41,934 nucleotides of DNA from a virus. Below the pieces are notes generated by a model. That model was not told the DNA's origin, did not search any database, and saw nothing but the letters and a program-made list of their open reading frames with translations. Where the stretch lies: IMG/VR virus record IMGVR_UViG_3300037483_000173, one strand, 5' to 3'. Below are positions 1-8,208 of this stretch, one piece after another. The position numbers were made by a program, and so were the translations under genes. Each line of letters starts with the position of its first letter. The first letter of the stretch is position 1.

Positions 1-127
1 CGTTGATCTTCCGCGTACTGTTGCTGCTGCGCATCGAATTCCGCCTGTTGCGCGGCTTGCTGCCGGGCGACTTCCTTCGCCGCTTCTTCCCCGGACAGCT
101 CGGCCATCGTCGGCAGGCCGATATTCT
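1..127. repeat. Terminal direct repeat, left copy, identical to 41808-41934; marks a circular or terminally redundant assembly
   Basis: Direct comparison shows bases 1-127 match 41808-41934 exactly. An ORF reads in frame across the join. Confidence 0.95.
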
Positions 128-233
128 CCGAAGTCAATCCCAGTCCCTCGGCCAATTCAGATGGGTTAAACATCTGACGGCCAACTCGGGTAACCTCCCG
201 TCCAATATCCCCCAAACTCGGTACATTGCACAT
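1..233 (-). CDS. Hypothetical protein, 5' portion of a gene that wraps the contig junction (123 aa in the circle; 3' portion at 41669-41807)
   Basis: Hand translation gives ATG at 233-231, eight nt after GGAGG and just past the GNAT stop at 236-238. The frame stays open through base 1 and rejoins the 41669..41914 ORF in frame (233+139 nt = 124 codons). Confidence 0.6.
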   Translation of the reverse strand, partial: MCNVPSLGDIGREVTRVGRQMFNPSELAEGLGLTSENIGLPTMAELSGEEAAKEVARQQAAQQAEFDAQQQQYAEDQ

Positions 234-235
234 AC

Positions 236-676
236 TCAAACCTCCATCGCGTATCCGCCACCTATGTGGCCGAATCCCAATCGCCCATACAGACTCCCTA
301 CCCGGGCCGGCTGCAAACCGGTACTCACCCCGATATGGATGTCCACCGCGCCAGCGGCCTTCGCCCGGCGCACATACTCCCGTATCAACCCGACGCCTGC
401 GCGTCCACGGCGTTCCGGGGCCACGTAGGTCAGCAAATCCCGCGCCACGATATCGCGGCCGAAGAACATGCTGTCCAATACCCCAACGAACACGCCGGTC
501 ACCTCACCGTCCTGCTCCACGAGGAATGTCAGCCCCTGCGGGATGACATGCGCCAGAACAGCGGCGTACTTCTGCGGGTCGAAGTCGAACCGCGCATACC
601 GCGACTCGAAGTGCATCCTCCGACCCAGTTCCACCAGATACGGGATGTCCGCCTCTGCCGCATCGCGTATCTGCAC
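236..676 (-). CDS. GNAT-family N-acetyltransferase
   Basis: 146-aa ORF with GTG start. It has a GNAT-like core (..YVAPERRGRGVG..L..Y...GF) and follows terL directly. Confidence 0.7.
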   Translation of the reverse strand: MQIRDAAEADIPYLVELGRRMHFESRYARFDFDPQKYAAVLAHVIPQGLTFLVEQDGEVTGVFVGVLDSMFFGRDIVARDLLTYVAPERRGRAGVGLIREYVRRAKAAGAVDIHIGVSTGLQPARVGSLYGRLGFGHIGGGYAMEV

Positions 677-681
677 GCAGG

Positions 682-2232
682 TTAGCCCCCGAACACGTCG
701 TAGTCAACGTCCCGGGCGACCGGCGCCTGTTGGCCGTGCGCCCCCCGCCCGGTGCGAAGATCCCGCCGGGCCACCCGCTTGGCAAAGGTCAGGGCCAGTG
801 CGTCGCCATCGTTCGGGGAGTCCAGCCCGCGCTTTTTCATATCGTCCTTCGACTCGAGGATGAACCCATCGCGGTTTTTGAAATACTTACGCTCGGGACC
901 CGCCAGGTCCTGCTTGAGCACCGGATCGTCGTCGACGCACCCCCCGCCCAGCCAGTCCCGCATCTGGAACCACATGTAGGTGCGCAAGTTGGCCATGGCC
1001 GGTTCCGGGGACCCCCCGCCGAACCATATCTCGTGCACTCGGTAGCCCAGCTCCTTGAGCCGGTCAATGACCCCCGTGCCCTGGCCGGCGTCCACCATCA
1101 CCCCATCGGGGTTGGTCTTGTCAATCCACTCGGCCACCTTGTAGGCCGTCTGCATGTCATCCCGGATTTTGAACCGCACCGGCGGGATGCTCCGCGCATC
1201 GCGCCCCTGGCGCCAACGCAGTACCGTGGGGTCCCCGCCGCGGCCGATGTCCACGCCCAGCACCAGCGGGGCATCGTAGTCCGGCGACAGCTCGCGCTCT
1301 GCCGCCGCCTGGATGACATCCCAGCCGATGAGCTGGTCCTCCCCGCGCATGGGGAACTGGCCCTTGACCTCCACCCGCGCCTCGTCGGAGTCCTCGCCAT
1401 ACTGGTCCACTATCTGCTGCAGCGCGTCCACGTCCACCCCCTCCACGTCGCGGGAGTCGATGTGCCGGTTGCGCCAGTATTGGCGGTTCTTGTGGAAACA
1501 CTCGAAGAAGGTGCCGGTGTTGCGGCGGGGGTTGGAGAACACGAACCAATACCTGTCCAGCACCGGTTCCGTGAAGAAGCCCTCGGATACCTTCCAGATG
1601 GCCGGTGGGATGCCGCTGGCCTCGTCGAAGATCAACATCATGCCGTTGTGGTTGTGCACCCCGGCGAACGCATCCGGATTCTCCTCGGACCACAACTGCG
1701 CCTGGGCGTAGTAGTAACCTGTATCAATTTGCAACTTGCCCTTGAGCAAGTCTTCGAACCACCCCACCGGCTTGCGGTATAGCGCCCCGCGCTCGAACCA
1801 GTGCGAATTGATACCCAGCGTTTGCCACTTTCCCAGCTCTGCCCACGTTCTGGACTTGAGCTGCATCTCGGTGTTGGCCGTGAGGATGGTCGTGCTGCCG
1901 AGGCGCGTGTCCTGCATCCACTCGGTCAGCCACCCCACCAGCGCCGATTTACCCGGGCCACGCCCGGAGGCGGTGGCTGACCGGTAAACCCGCGGGGCTT
2001 CTCCCCTGGCCATGCGCTCTTTGTTGTCCTTGATGTGCTGGGCTATCTGCCGCAGCTCATCGCGTTGCCACGCCCGCGGACCTTTGAACTTCTCCAGTGG
2101 GGTGCCCTTCTTGCCCCACGGATACTTGAACAGCACATACGCTTCCGGATCATCGGCGATGGCCGGATCCCAGAGCGCGAGCATCAGTTCGCGTTCGTCG
2201 TTCGCACTTAACGGGGAGGGTGCTTGGGCCAC
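682..2232 (-). CDS. terL: Terminase large subunit
   Basis: 516 aa with Walker A-like GRGPGKSA, Walker B-like MLIFDEASGI and a C-terminal nuclease-like region. GTG start follows GGAGA. Confidence 0.85.
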   Translation of the reverse strand: MAQAPSPLSANDERELMLALWDPAIADDPEAYVLFKYPWGKKGTPLEKFKGPRAWQRDELRQIAQHIKDNKERMARGEAPRVYRSATASGRGPGKSALVGWLTEWMQDTRLGSTTILTANTEMQLKSRTWAELGKWQTLGINSHWFERGALYRKPVGWFEDLLKGKLQIDTGYYYAQAQLWSEENPDAFAGVHNHNGMMLIFDEASGIPPAIWKVSEGFFTEPVLDRYWFVFSNPRRNTGTFFECFHKNRQYWRNRHIDSRDVEGVDVDALQQIVDQYGEDSDEARVEVKGQFPMRGEDQLIGWDVIQAAAERELSPDYDAPLVLGVDIGRGGDPTVLRWRQGRDARSIPPVRFKIRDDMQTAYKVAEWIDKTNPDGVMVDAGQGTGVIDRLKELGYRVHEIWFGGGSPEPAMANLRTYMWFQMRDWLGGGCVDDDPVLKQDLAGPERKYFKNRDGFILESKDDMKKRGLDSPNDGDALALTFAKRVARRDLRTGRGAHGQQAPVARDVDYDVFGG

Positions 2233-2526
2233 GGGGTCTCCAGGTGGTTGTCCGGCTTATTGGTGAAAAGTAGCATGCTTGTGGCGGTTGGGAAAGCGTT
2301 GCAAAAAAATTTTCGCCGGTCGCTATTCCCGTGTAAATTACAAGGTTATTCGTGTTGTGCGCCTGGGTAAAATAAAAATTGGGAGTTGGGGGTCCCCAAC
2401 ATTCTGGCGCGCCGACGGGAAAGCGGCCCCACCCCCACCCCCACCCGGGTCTTTTTGCAGCTCCCAGGGGGCCAGGTGCGCATAATTATGCGTTATGTAA
2501 AGTAAAAGCCCATGGAGATTGGCGGG

Positions 2527-3057
2527 TTATTCGAAGAGATCGAGTGCATCATCTGGTAGGGCGGGCGGCTGCTCTGCCTGGGCGTCTATCACACGGCCGC
2601 GGGCCTCCGCCAGCACACCGCGGATATCGATACTGGCGTGTAGTTGCATGTCCACCTGTACCTGTTGGCCGAAGGCGTCCCGGTCCAGGCGTTCCGCCAT
2701 CCACTTGCGCTGGTTAGCGCGGTTCTCCGCCCATCGTATCGAGCCCGGATCTATGCTCCCGTCGCCTTTGCGTTCCGGCTCTTCATCGGCTATCTGCAGG
2801 GCCTCTTCTACCAGGTGAGCGGCTCGGGCCTTTCGCGCCTGCGCGCAAGCTTGCTGGATATCGGGCCGGTCAGCGGTCATTCCACGCCAACCAGAGAAGG
2901 ACGGGAGGCCATAATGCACACCATCCACCTCGACGCCAAGCGCAAGCGCCCCAGGCAAGTCCATGGTCGCCATGCGGTCGATGACGATCGCGGCCACACG
3001 GTCGGTGTCCCACTGCTTGCCGTTGATTTTCAAGGGATGTTTTGCTCTTCCAGCCAT
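2527..3057 (-). CDS. terS: Terminase small subunit (putative)
   Basis: I place the start at ATG 3057 (MAGRAKH..). The C-terminal ..IRWAENRANQRKWMAERLDRDAFGQQ.. resembles the conserved TerS K/R-W..K..P..YG segment. It lies upstream of terL. Confidence 0.6.
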   Translation of the reverse strand: MAGRAKHPLKINGKQWDTDRVAAIVIDRMATMDLPGALALGVEVDGVHYGLPSFSGWRGMTADRPDIQQACAQARKARAAHLVEEALQIADEEPERKGDGSIDPGSIRWAENRANQRKWMAERLDRDAFGQQVQVDMQLHASIDIRGVLAEARGRVIDAQAEQPPALPDDALDLFE

Positions 3058-3101
3058 GCCCAAAATGTAAGCCCAAGGGGCTGGAAAGGCAAGCGGCCGA
3101 A

Positions 3102-3433
3102 GGTGTAGCACCCAACCCCCCAATAGAATCAAGCACTTAGCGCCCCCGCTACACCTGCTACACCAGCGCCACCGCAGGCGTAGCACCGTTTTCCCTTTGC
3201 ATATCAAGCACCTACACGATTGCTACACCTGCTACGCGGAAAACGGCCATCTATCCCACTGGGGATATACAGAACCCCCTACAGCTACCCCCTATCTAAT
3301 ACTATATATCTCATAATAATATAATAGATGTAGCAGATGTAGCAGTAAGCTTAACCTGTTGATCCTAAAGGCAAAAGGCCGCTACACCTACCCCATCCAC
3401 TAGGTGTAGCACACGTGTAGCAGGTGTAGCACG
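3102..3433. repeat. Iteron-like array of at least 12 copies of core TGTAGCA (often GGTGTAGCA[C/G]) in both orientations, flanking an AT-rich block at about 3290-3330
   Basis: Copies read at 3102-3111, 3148-3164 (two, inverted), 3178-3186, 3221-3237 (two, inverted), 3327-3345 (two), 3381-3388 (inverted) and 3403-3433 (three). The AT-rich run is ctatctaatactatatatctcataataatataata. Confidence 0.8.
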
Positions 3434-3487
3434 CGCCCCGCTGGCGATATATTACCCGCTGAATCTGCGATTATTTGCAGATAGCAC

Positions 3488-3516
3488 TTGACACCTTGTA
3501 CAAGGGCCGCTAATCT
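3488..3516 (+). promoter_or_regulatory. Sigma70-type promoter for the early plus-strand block, with the CTTGTACAAG palindrome in the spacer
   Basis: TTGACA at 3488-3493, a 17-bp spacer and TAATCT at 3511-3516. The palindrome sits at 3495-3504. An AGGAG RBS and ATG 3570 lie downstream. Confidence 0.6.
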
Positions 3517-3569
3517 CTCCCCCCATGCAGTACGCAATTATTCGCAACCAACCATAGGAGCACCAGACC

Positions 3570-4025
3570 ATGAAAACCGAATACATCAAAGCAACCCGCG
3601 CCCAGCTGATCGCAACCATGAAGGCCGGCGACATCTCACGCCGCACCGATACCATGGAGGTGTGCCAGCGATACCAGTATTTCTCGCTGGACGAGGCCAA
3701 GAAGGCAGCAGGCAGTGCCGACTACAAACGCCCCGGCACGCTGCTTGACTGCCGCGTGTACGTCACGAACAGGTCCGGCACGTACGGCCACCAGTTCCTC
3801 GCAGCCATCTGGGTCCACGTGGACGGGGAACGGTACCAGGCTAGCGGCACAATGACCGGCGGTTGTGGTTACGACAAGATCAGCACGGCGGTAGACTCCG
3901 CGTTCGGCGCCCTGGGCCTTGACGGTAGCCTGGTGGAGTATTTCAGCGGCACCGGCCAGCATGAACAGGTGCTCGATGAGCTGGCGGCAAAGCTGGCCGG
4001 GCGTAAATCGTGGTTTAAGGTATAA
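3570..4025 (+). CDS. Hypothetical early protein
   Basis: 151-aa ORF with AGGAG RBS, followed by a terminator hairpin. I recognise no family. Confidence 0.7.
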   Translation: MKTEYIKATRAQLIATMKAGDISRRTDTMEVCQRYQYFSLDEAKKAAGSADYKRPGTLLDCRVYVTNRSGTYGHQFLAAIWVHVDGERYQASGTMTGGCGYDKISTAVDSAFGALGLDGSLVEYFSGTGQHEQVLDELAAKLAGRKSWFKV

Positions 4026-4043
4026 CCCCGCAGTAAGCCAATT

Positions 4044-4073
4044 AAAGCCCCCGGCATGTTCCCAGGGGCTTTT
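4044..4073 (+). terminator. Rho-independent terminator
   Basis: aaagcccc, a 13-nt loop, then ggggctttt. Confidence 0.6.
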
Positions 4074-4102
4074 GTGGGTTTAACTGAAGAGGGGGAAAGA
4101 TC

Positions 4103-4834
4103 GTGATTGAGATTAAACACAGATATACCGGCCTTGTGCTTTACATACATGACGGGGCCAACCTGAGCTGGGCCAACCTGAGCCGGGCCAACCTGAGCTG
4201 GGCCAACCTGAGCCGGGCCAACCTGAGCGGGGCCAACCTGAGCGGGGCCGACCTGAGCTGGGCCAACCTGAGCTGGGCCAACCTGAGCCGGGCCAACCTG
4301 AGCGGGGCTGACCTGAGCTGGGCTGACCTGAGCTGGGATGACCTGAGCGGGGCTGACCTGAGCGGGGCCGACCTGAGCCGGGCCAACCTGAGCGGGGCCA
4401 ACCTGAGCGGGGCCAACCTGAGCGGGGCCAACCTGAGCCGGGCCAACCTGAGCGGGGCTGACCTGCGCGGGGCTGACCTGAGCGGGGCCGACCTGAGCCG
4501 GGCCAACCTGAGCGGGGCCAACCTGAGCGGGGCCAACCTGAGCCGGGCCAACCTGCGCCGGGCCAACCTGAGCGGGGCTGACCTGCGCGGGGCTGACCTG
4601 AGCGGGGCCAACCTGAACTGGTGTACGGGGAACGGGAGCACGATCCGATCCGCGCAATTCGAGAGGTATGATATTGTCGTCTGCGACGATTATTTGGCGA
4701 TAGGATGCCGAGCATACCGCGTGCATGAGTGGCGGGGGTTCGACAATCGCACCATTTCCGATATGGACGATGGGGCGCTTGAGTGGTTGGAAAAATACCG
4801 GGGCGCCGTGCTGGCGTTTGCAGATTGTCCATAG
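4103..4834 (+). CDS. Pentapeptide-repeat protein: 32 consecutive A(N/D)L(S/R)x units plus a roughly 70-aa C-terminal domain
   Basis: 243 aa with GTG start. The repeat block runs [15 protein letters not shown]...[10 protein letters not shown], which is the classic pentapeptide beta-helix signature. Confidence 0.9.
   Translation: MIEIKHRYTGLVLYIHDGANLSWANLSRANLSWANLSRANLSGANLSGADLSWANLSWANLSRANLSGADLSWADLSWDDLSGADLSGADLSRANLSGANLSGANLSGANLSRANLSGADLRGADLSGADLSRANLSGANLSGANLSRANLRRANLSGADLRGADLSGANLNWCTGNGSTIRSAQFERYDIVVCDDYLAIGCRAYRVHEWRGFDNRTISDMDDGALEWLEKYRGAVLAFADCP
4154..4633. repeat. Tandem 15-bp repeat, ggccaacctgagcNg, 32 units (coding)
   Basis: The periodicity is visible at the nucleotide level, with only a few substitutions per unit. 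Confidence 0.95.
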
Positions 4835-4853
4835 ACGGAAGAGGAGAAAGACC

Positions 4854-5192
4854 GTGAAAAAATACTTAAAAAGCGCAACCCGAGTCGTGATCAAACGGAA
4901 TGTGAAAAATCCGTTTTCGCCCGGAAATTGGTTTGAAACAACCTGGGGAGACGCTGTTAAAAATAACGACCTGACCACCAGCTCAGGAACGGTTGACGTA
5001 ATCGTCGATCTGCACCCCAGTGAGTACGCTAATTTTGATGGGTGCGAGGACGCTATCCGGTACGACAACAGAGGTGCGTATTGCGAGGTTATCGAGACCC
5101 CAGTGCACGAAACGGTGTATGAGGATGGAAAGCGCGTTCAGTATGACATGCTGGACGATACACGCACTGAGCTGGAGCCTATTGATTACTGA
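4854..5192 (+). CDS. Hypothetical protein
   Basis: GTG at 4854 follows GAGGAG at 4841-4846. 112 aa. The upstream part of the listed ORF overlaps the preceding gene. Confidence 0.6.
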   Translation: MKKYLKSATRVVIKRNVKNPFSPGNWFETTWGDAVKNNDLTTSSGTVDVIVDLHPSEYANFDGCEDAIRYDNRGAYCEVIETPVHETVYEDGKRVQYDMLDDTRTELEPIDY

Positions 5193-5270
5193 TGGCCCTA
5201 ACCAATAACCAGAAACAGGAGGCCCCGCGTTTCCGCAGGGCCGAACGCGGGTAGAAGAGGAGGGCATGAT

Positions 5271-5453
5271 ATGAAACGCTACTACCTAATCGCCGCCGTG
5301 CTGGCCTACGTGCTCATGTGGGAGATTGCCGCCAACCTGGACCGGGAACACTGCGAGGTTCACGGCGTGAGCTACGGCGGGACCAGCCTCGGCCTAGATG
5401 GTTTTTGTGAGGTGTCAGGGGTCCGCGTACCGGCGGAATGGATTGGCCGGTAA
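5271..5453 (+). CDS. Small hypothetical protein with an N-terminal hydrophobic helix
   Basis: 60-aa ORF containing YYLIAAVLAYVLMWEIAA. Confidence 0.5.
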   Translation: MKRYYLIAAVLAYVLMWEIAANLDREHCEVHGVSYGGTSLGLDGFCEVSGVRVPAEWIGR

Positions 5454-5491
5454 TAGGGGCTTTGTTTTTAAATCGAGAAGGAGTGATACAG

Positions 5492-5677
5492 ATGAAAGTG
5501 CAAGCGGATACGATAACGGGAGTCTATGAGGTTGAGGACTTTGACGCGGGGGTTGACGTGCTCGACCAAGAGGATTTTATAAACAGCCTGGATGGCCTAG
5601 CCGATGGTGAGACTATCGCCGCCGAAATATCACAGCGGATGGAGACGCGCATATACGAACTGTATGGAATCAGGTAA
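5492..5677 (+). CDS. Small acidic hypothetical protein
   Basis: ATG at 5492 follows GAAGGAG. 61 aa. Confidence 0.5.
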   Translation: MKVQADTITGVYEVEDFDAGVDVLDQEDFINSLDGLADGETIAAEISQRMETRIYELYGIR

Positions 5678-5700
5678 TAGGGGCTTTGCCCCAGAATAGA

Positions 5701-5737
5701 AAAGCCCCAGCCGAAAGGAGGAACGGCCGGGGCTTTT
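5701..5737. terminator. Bidirectional rho-independent terminator between convergent blocks
   Basis: aaagccccagccg / cggccggggcttt stem with one mismatch. An A-run lies upstream and a T-run downstream. Confidence 0.7.
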
Positions 5738-5821
5738 GTGTGTCTGGCGTATGGGGGTCCGCCGCGCACCATCAGAGAATAGCACGCGGGCCGGGTATGT
5801 CCAGTAATAGGGGCTTTGCTT

Positions 5822-6025
5822 TCAATCCGGTTTTGTTGCCGCCCCCAACAGCCGCCGCAGCTCGGCCGCCTCCCCCAACAGCCGCCGCAGCTCGGCCACC
5901 TCCCCCAACAGCCGCCGCAGCTCGGCCACCTCCTGCCGCAGCCGCTTGTTCTCGGCCTCCAGGGCCATGACGGCCTCATAGGCATCGTCGGGTAATAGGG
6001 GCTTTGCTTTTAGTTTGTCGGTCAT
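5822..6025 (-). CDS. Small coiled-coil protein with three 10-aa repeats (AELRRLLGE[V/A])
   Basis: ATG at 6025 overlaps the upstream TGA (ATGA) and follows AAGGAG. 67 aa. Confidence 0.55.
   Translation of the reverse strand: MTDKLKAKPLLPDDAYEAVMALEAENKRLRQEVAELRRLLGEVAELRRLLGEAAELRRLLGAATKPD
5843..5932. repeat. Tandem 30-bp repeat, three units (coding)
   Basis: cccccaacagccgccgcagctcggcc(g/a)cct occurs three times, followed by a partial fourth unit. Confidence 0.9.
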
Positions 6026-7725
6026 TCGCCGTTCTCCTTTATCCATACTCGTTTTTGATGACCACCAACCCGCCTGTTCCGGTTAACGTACCCCATGCCC
6101 GTCAGGATAGCTGCCGCTCGTTTGTCCTGCAGATTGTTCTTATTTCGCACCTCGATGCCGAGCCCAGACAGCAATTCGGAGGTAGTGAATGGCCGTTCGC
6201 CGTTCGCCGCCGGACCGGTATCCGCATCGCCGAACTCAGGCGTAGCGGCCAGCCAGGTGGATATGTCCTCTTTCCAGGGGTCCACCAGCTTGTGCTTATG
6301 GTGGACATTTCGCGCCAGGCGCTCCGCCTCCTGCCACAACACATTACCTACAGCGAACCGCTCTCTAGCCTCGGCCCATAGCTGCAGCCGGTCGCGCTCG
6401 ATGGCTCGAAGATTGACGGAGGACACCACCACGGGCAGGAACCGCCGCTCGCCGGTCTCATCCCCCAGGAACTCGTTTTTGTTGGTAGTGCCTATGATCA
6501 AGCAGCGCCGGGGGAATTGCGTCGCGAACTCCTTGAACTTGGGCACCCAGTTCTCGTGGGTGCGGGTGATGTACGCCTTGATGTGTTCGATCTCCCGGCT
6601 ATGCAGGCCCTTCAGCTCCCCAACCTCGGCCACCAGCCGGCCGCGCATCTGCCGGGCCAGGTCTTCTTCCTTGCGGTTGAAATCCATCTCGAAGAAAAAG
6701 TCCTCACTGGGGACCAGGGCTGCCACACCGGTGGACTTACCCACCCCCTGCCCCCCGACGAGGATGGGCATCATGTCGGCTTTGATGCCCGGGGACATAA
6801 CCCGCCCGGCCATGGCGGTCCACATGTAGGCGCTCACTGCGCGGGTGTAGTCGCTATCCTCTGCGCCGAAATATTCTGGCAGGAAGCGGTCCAGGCGCGG
6901 CAGGCCGTCCCATTCGAGGGATTCAAGCCAGAGGATTGCGGAGTCGAACTTGTTCTTATCGACAACGAACTCCACTGCGTCCCGCGCCATGTCCTTGGAT
7001 ACCGGCTTAAAACCATGGCGCTCCATGAGGATGCGCAGGGCGGTGTAGTCGGCGTCCGTCAGAGTGCGCCAATCATCGGTGCCAGCGTGGGCCAGCATCG
7101 TGGCGTCCTTGAACTCGTCAAAAGCTACGCGATGGCGGATGAAGGCCGGGTTGCCAACCGCTTTGCTCACGTTGTCGATACTGGCGAGGATCTGACCGGC
7201 CTTATTCCGCTCGAAGGCGGGCCAATCACCCTCCCCTTTTGCGTGTTCGTCCAGCGCCTGGAACTCATCCGGGTCCAGCGGCGTGTCCGCCGTCTCCCGC
7301 CAGCCAAGCGTGGCCGTCTCAAGTTCCAGCCGCTCACACAGCCACATGGCCGCGTCCACGACGCTGCCCAGGTCCTCGCCATGCTCCTGCACCAGCTCCA
7401 GCGGCGTGCGCTTGCCTTCGCGCTCGTCCCCCTGGTCGTGCACCCCGAAGTCCACGATACCCTCCGGCTGGATGCTCAGGTCCTCCTGCAGCGCCCTACC
7501 GAGGTCACGCGAGCCCACCCGGTAGCCTTGGCGGGCCTCCTGTGCGAACGGCAGCAGGGCGGGCACCCAGGCGGCCAGGTCGGCCATCGCGTGGTCATTG
7601 ACCCGCTGGAAGAACGACTTCTCGGCGTCAGGCACCACGGCGCGGGCTGCCGGGGCCTTGGCATTGGGGAAATACTTGGCGATGAGGGGCGTCAGGTCGA
7701 TGGGGGTGGTTGGGATTGTGTTCAC
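6022..7725 (-). CDS. VirE / D5-type P-loop primase-associated helicase
   Basis: 567 aa with Walker A GGQGVGKST and a Walker B-like LVAEVGE. The GTG start overlaps the prim-pol stop (GTGA). Confidence 0.8.
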   Translation of the reverse strand: MNTIPTTPIDLTPLIAKYFPNAKAPAARAVVPDAEKSFFQRVNDHAMADLAAWVPALLPFAQEARQGYRVGSRDLGRALQEDLSIQPEGIVDFGVHDQGDEREGKRTPLELVQEHGEDLGSVVDAAMWLCERLELETATLGWRETADTPLDPDEFQALDEHAKGEGDWPAFERNKAGQILASIDNVSKAVGNPAFIRHRVAFDEFKDATMLAHAGTDDWRTLTDADYTALRILMERHGFKPVSKDMARDAVEFVVDKNKFDSAILWLESLEWDGLPRLDRFLPEYFGAEDSDYTRAVSAYMWTAMAGRVMSPGIKADMMPILVGGQGVGKSTGVAALVPSEDFFFEMDFNRKEEDLARQMRGRLVAEVGELKGLHSREIEHIKAYITRTHENWVPKFKEFATQFPRRCLIIGTTNKNEFLGDETGERRFLPVVVSSVNLRAIERDRLQLWAEARERFAVGNVLWQEAERLARNVHHKHKLVDPWKEDISTWLAATPEFGDADTGPAANGERPFTTSELLSGLGIEVRNKNNLQDKRAAAILTGMGYVNRNRRVGGHQKRVWIKENGE

Positions 7726-8207
7726 AGTGCGGCCCCCGTAATAGTGAAATACCGCCCCGAGGTGTAAATCTCCAGCCCCAGGGTGTCGTCTTTATAAGCC
7801 CGGCCGATGTCTGCCCGGGTGATGATGTGCAGCCCCTTGCCACTGGGCGACCGCTCCACGTAGCCGGGCACGGCGGCGACTATCCCCCCGGCCAGTTCGG
7901 AGAGAGTGCCATCGGCGTCCAAGCAATCATCGATGTCGATGCCCACCAGCCCGCCCCCGGCGAGGAACACAAAGCCCACGCCATCGTACTCGCTCATCAT
8001 ATAGGCCATTTCTGCATCCTCGAATGCGCCCCAGGTGCCGGGGTCCGATACGCTGGCCGGCTTCTCGGTGGCCGGGTTGAATGGCAACTTGATCCAATTC
8101 TGCCTGGCTTTATGGAAGTGGTGCTTCCACACAATCCACTGCGGCAGGTCGCGCAGCGCGGTCGGGATCCCCTCCCACCGCGGCGGGATAGCGTCAGGTC
8201 GGGCCAT
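7722..8207 (-). CDS. Bifunctional primase-polymerase (prim-pol) domain protein
   Basis: 161 aa with the GIDIDDC (DxD) and SPSGKGLH motifs typical of prim-pol N-terminal domains. Confidence 0.75.
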   Translation of the reverse strand: MARPDAIPPRWEGIPTALRDLPQWIVWKHHFHKARQNWIKLPFNPATEKPASVSDPGTWGAFEDAEMAYMMSEYDGVGFVFLAGGGLVGIDIDDCLDADGTLSELAGGIVAAVPGYVERSPSGKGLHIITRADIGRAYKDDTLGLEIYTSGRYFTITGAAL

Positions 8208-8208
8208 A

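Noticed and set aside
1-127. Genuine T7-like direct terminal repeat
   Set aside because: The 127-nt length coincides with a common assembler k-mer, and the repeat falls in the middle of a coding frame. I treat it as a circularisation overlap pending read-terminus analysis.
730-1782. Long alternate-frame or antisense ORFs such as 730..1782(+), 8748..10430(-), 10527..11636(-), 19981..20721(-), 25472..26254(+) and 39971..41425(+)
   Set aside because: These are shadow ORFs typical of GC-rich DNA. Their translations are Arg/Pro/Gly/Ala-rich low-complexity sequence. Each overlaps a gene on the other strand or frame that has clear family motifs.
2233-2526. tRNA or other structured RNA gene in the larger intergenic gaps (2233-2526, 5678-5821, 14915-15056)
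   Set aside because: I saw no T-loop-like GGTTCGAATCC-type box and no cloverleaf-compatible arms on either strand. I cannot exclude a small ncRNA without a covariance-model search.
4154-4633. Possible CRISPR array, because of the regular short repeats
   Set aside because: The units are directly adjacent with a 15-bp period and no spacers, and they lie inside a coding frame. No cas genes are present.
3869-5068. 399-aa minus-strand ORF with long PAQVG repeats, plus other repeat-frame ORFs at 4113..4832 and 4141..4641
   Set aside because: These are antisense or alternate-frame readings of the 15-bp tandem array. The plus-strand frame gives a textbook pentapeptide-repeat protein with an RBS-compatible start and lies in a plus-strand operon.
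5524-5985. ORFs 5524..5985(-) and 5686..5970(+) with PPPTAAAARP or CGGCWGR repeats
   Set aside because: These are alternate-frame readings of the 30-bp tandem repeat and they cross the bidirectional terminator. The coupled 67-aa minus-strand frame is more plausible.
7722-7725. Frameshift or pseudogenisation separating the prim-pol domain from the VirE-type helicase
   Set aside because: The junction is a clean GTGA stop/start overlap, and both parts have intact motifs. This is consistent with two coupled cistrons rather than a broken fusion gene.
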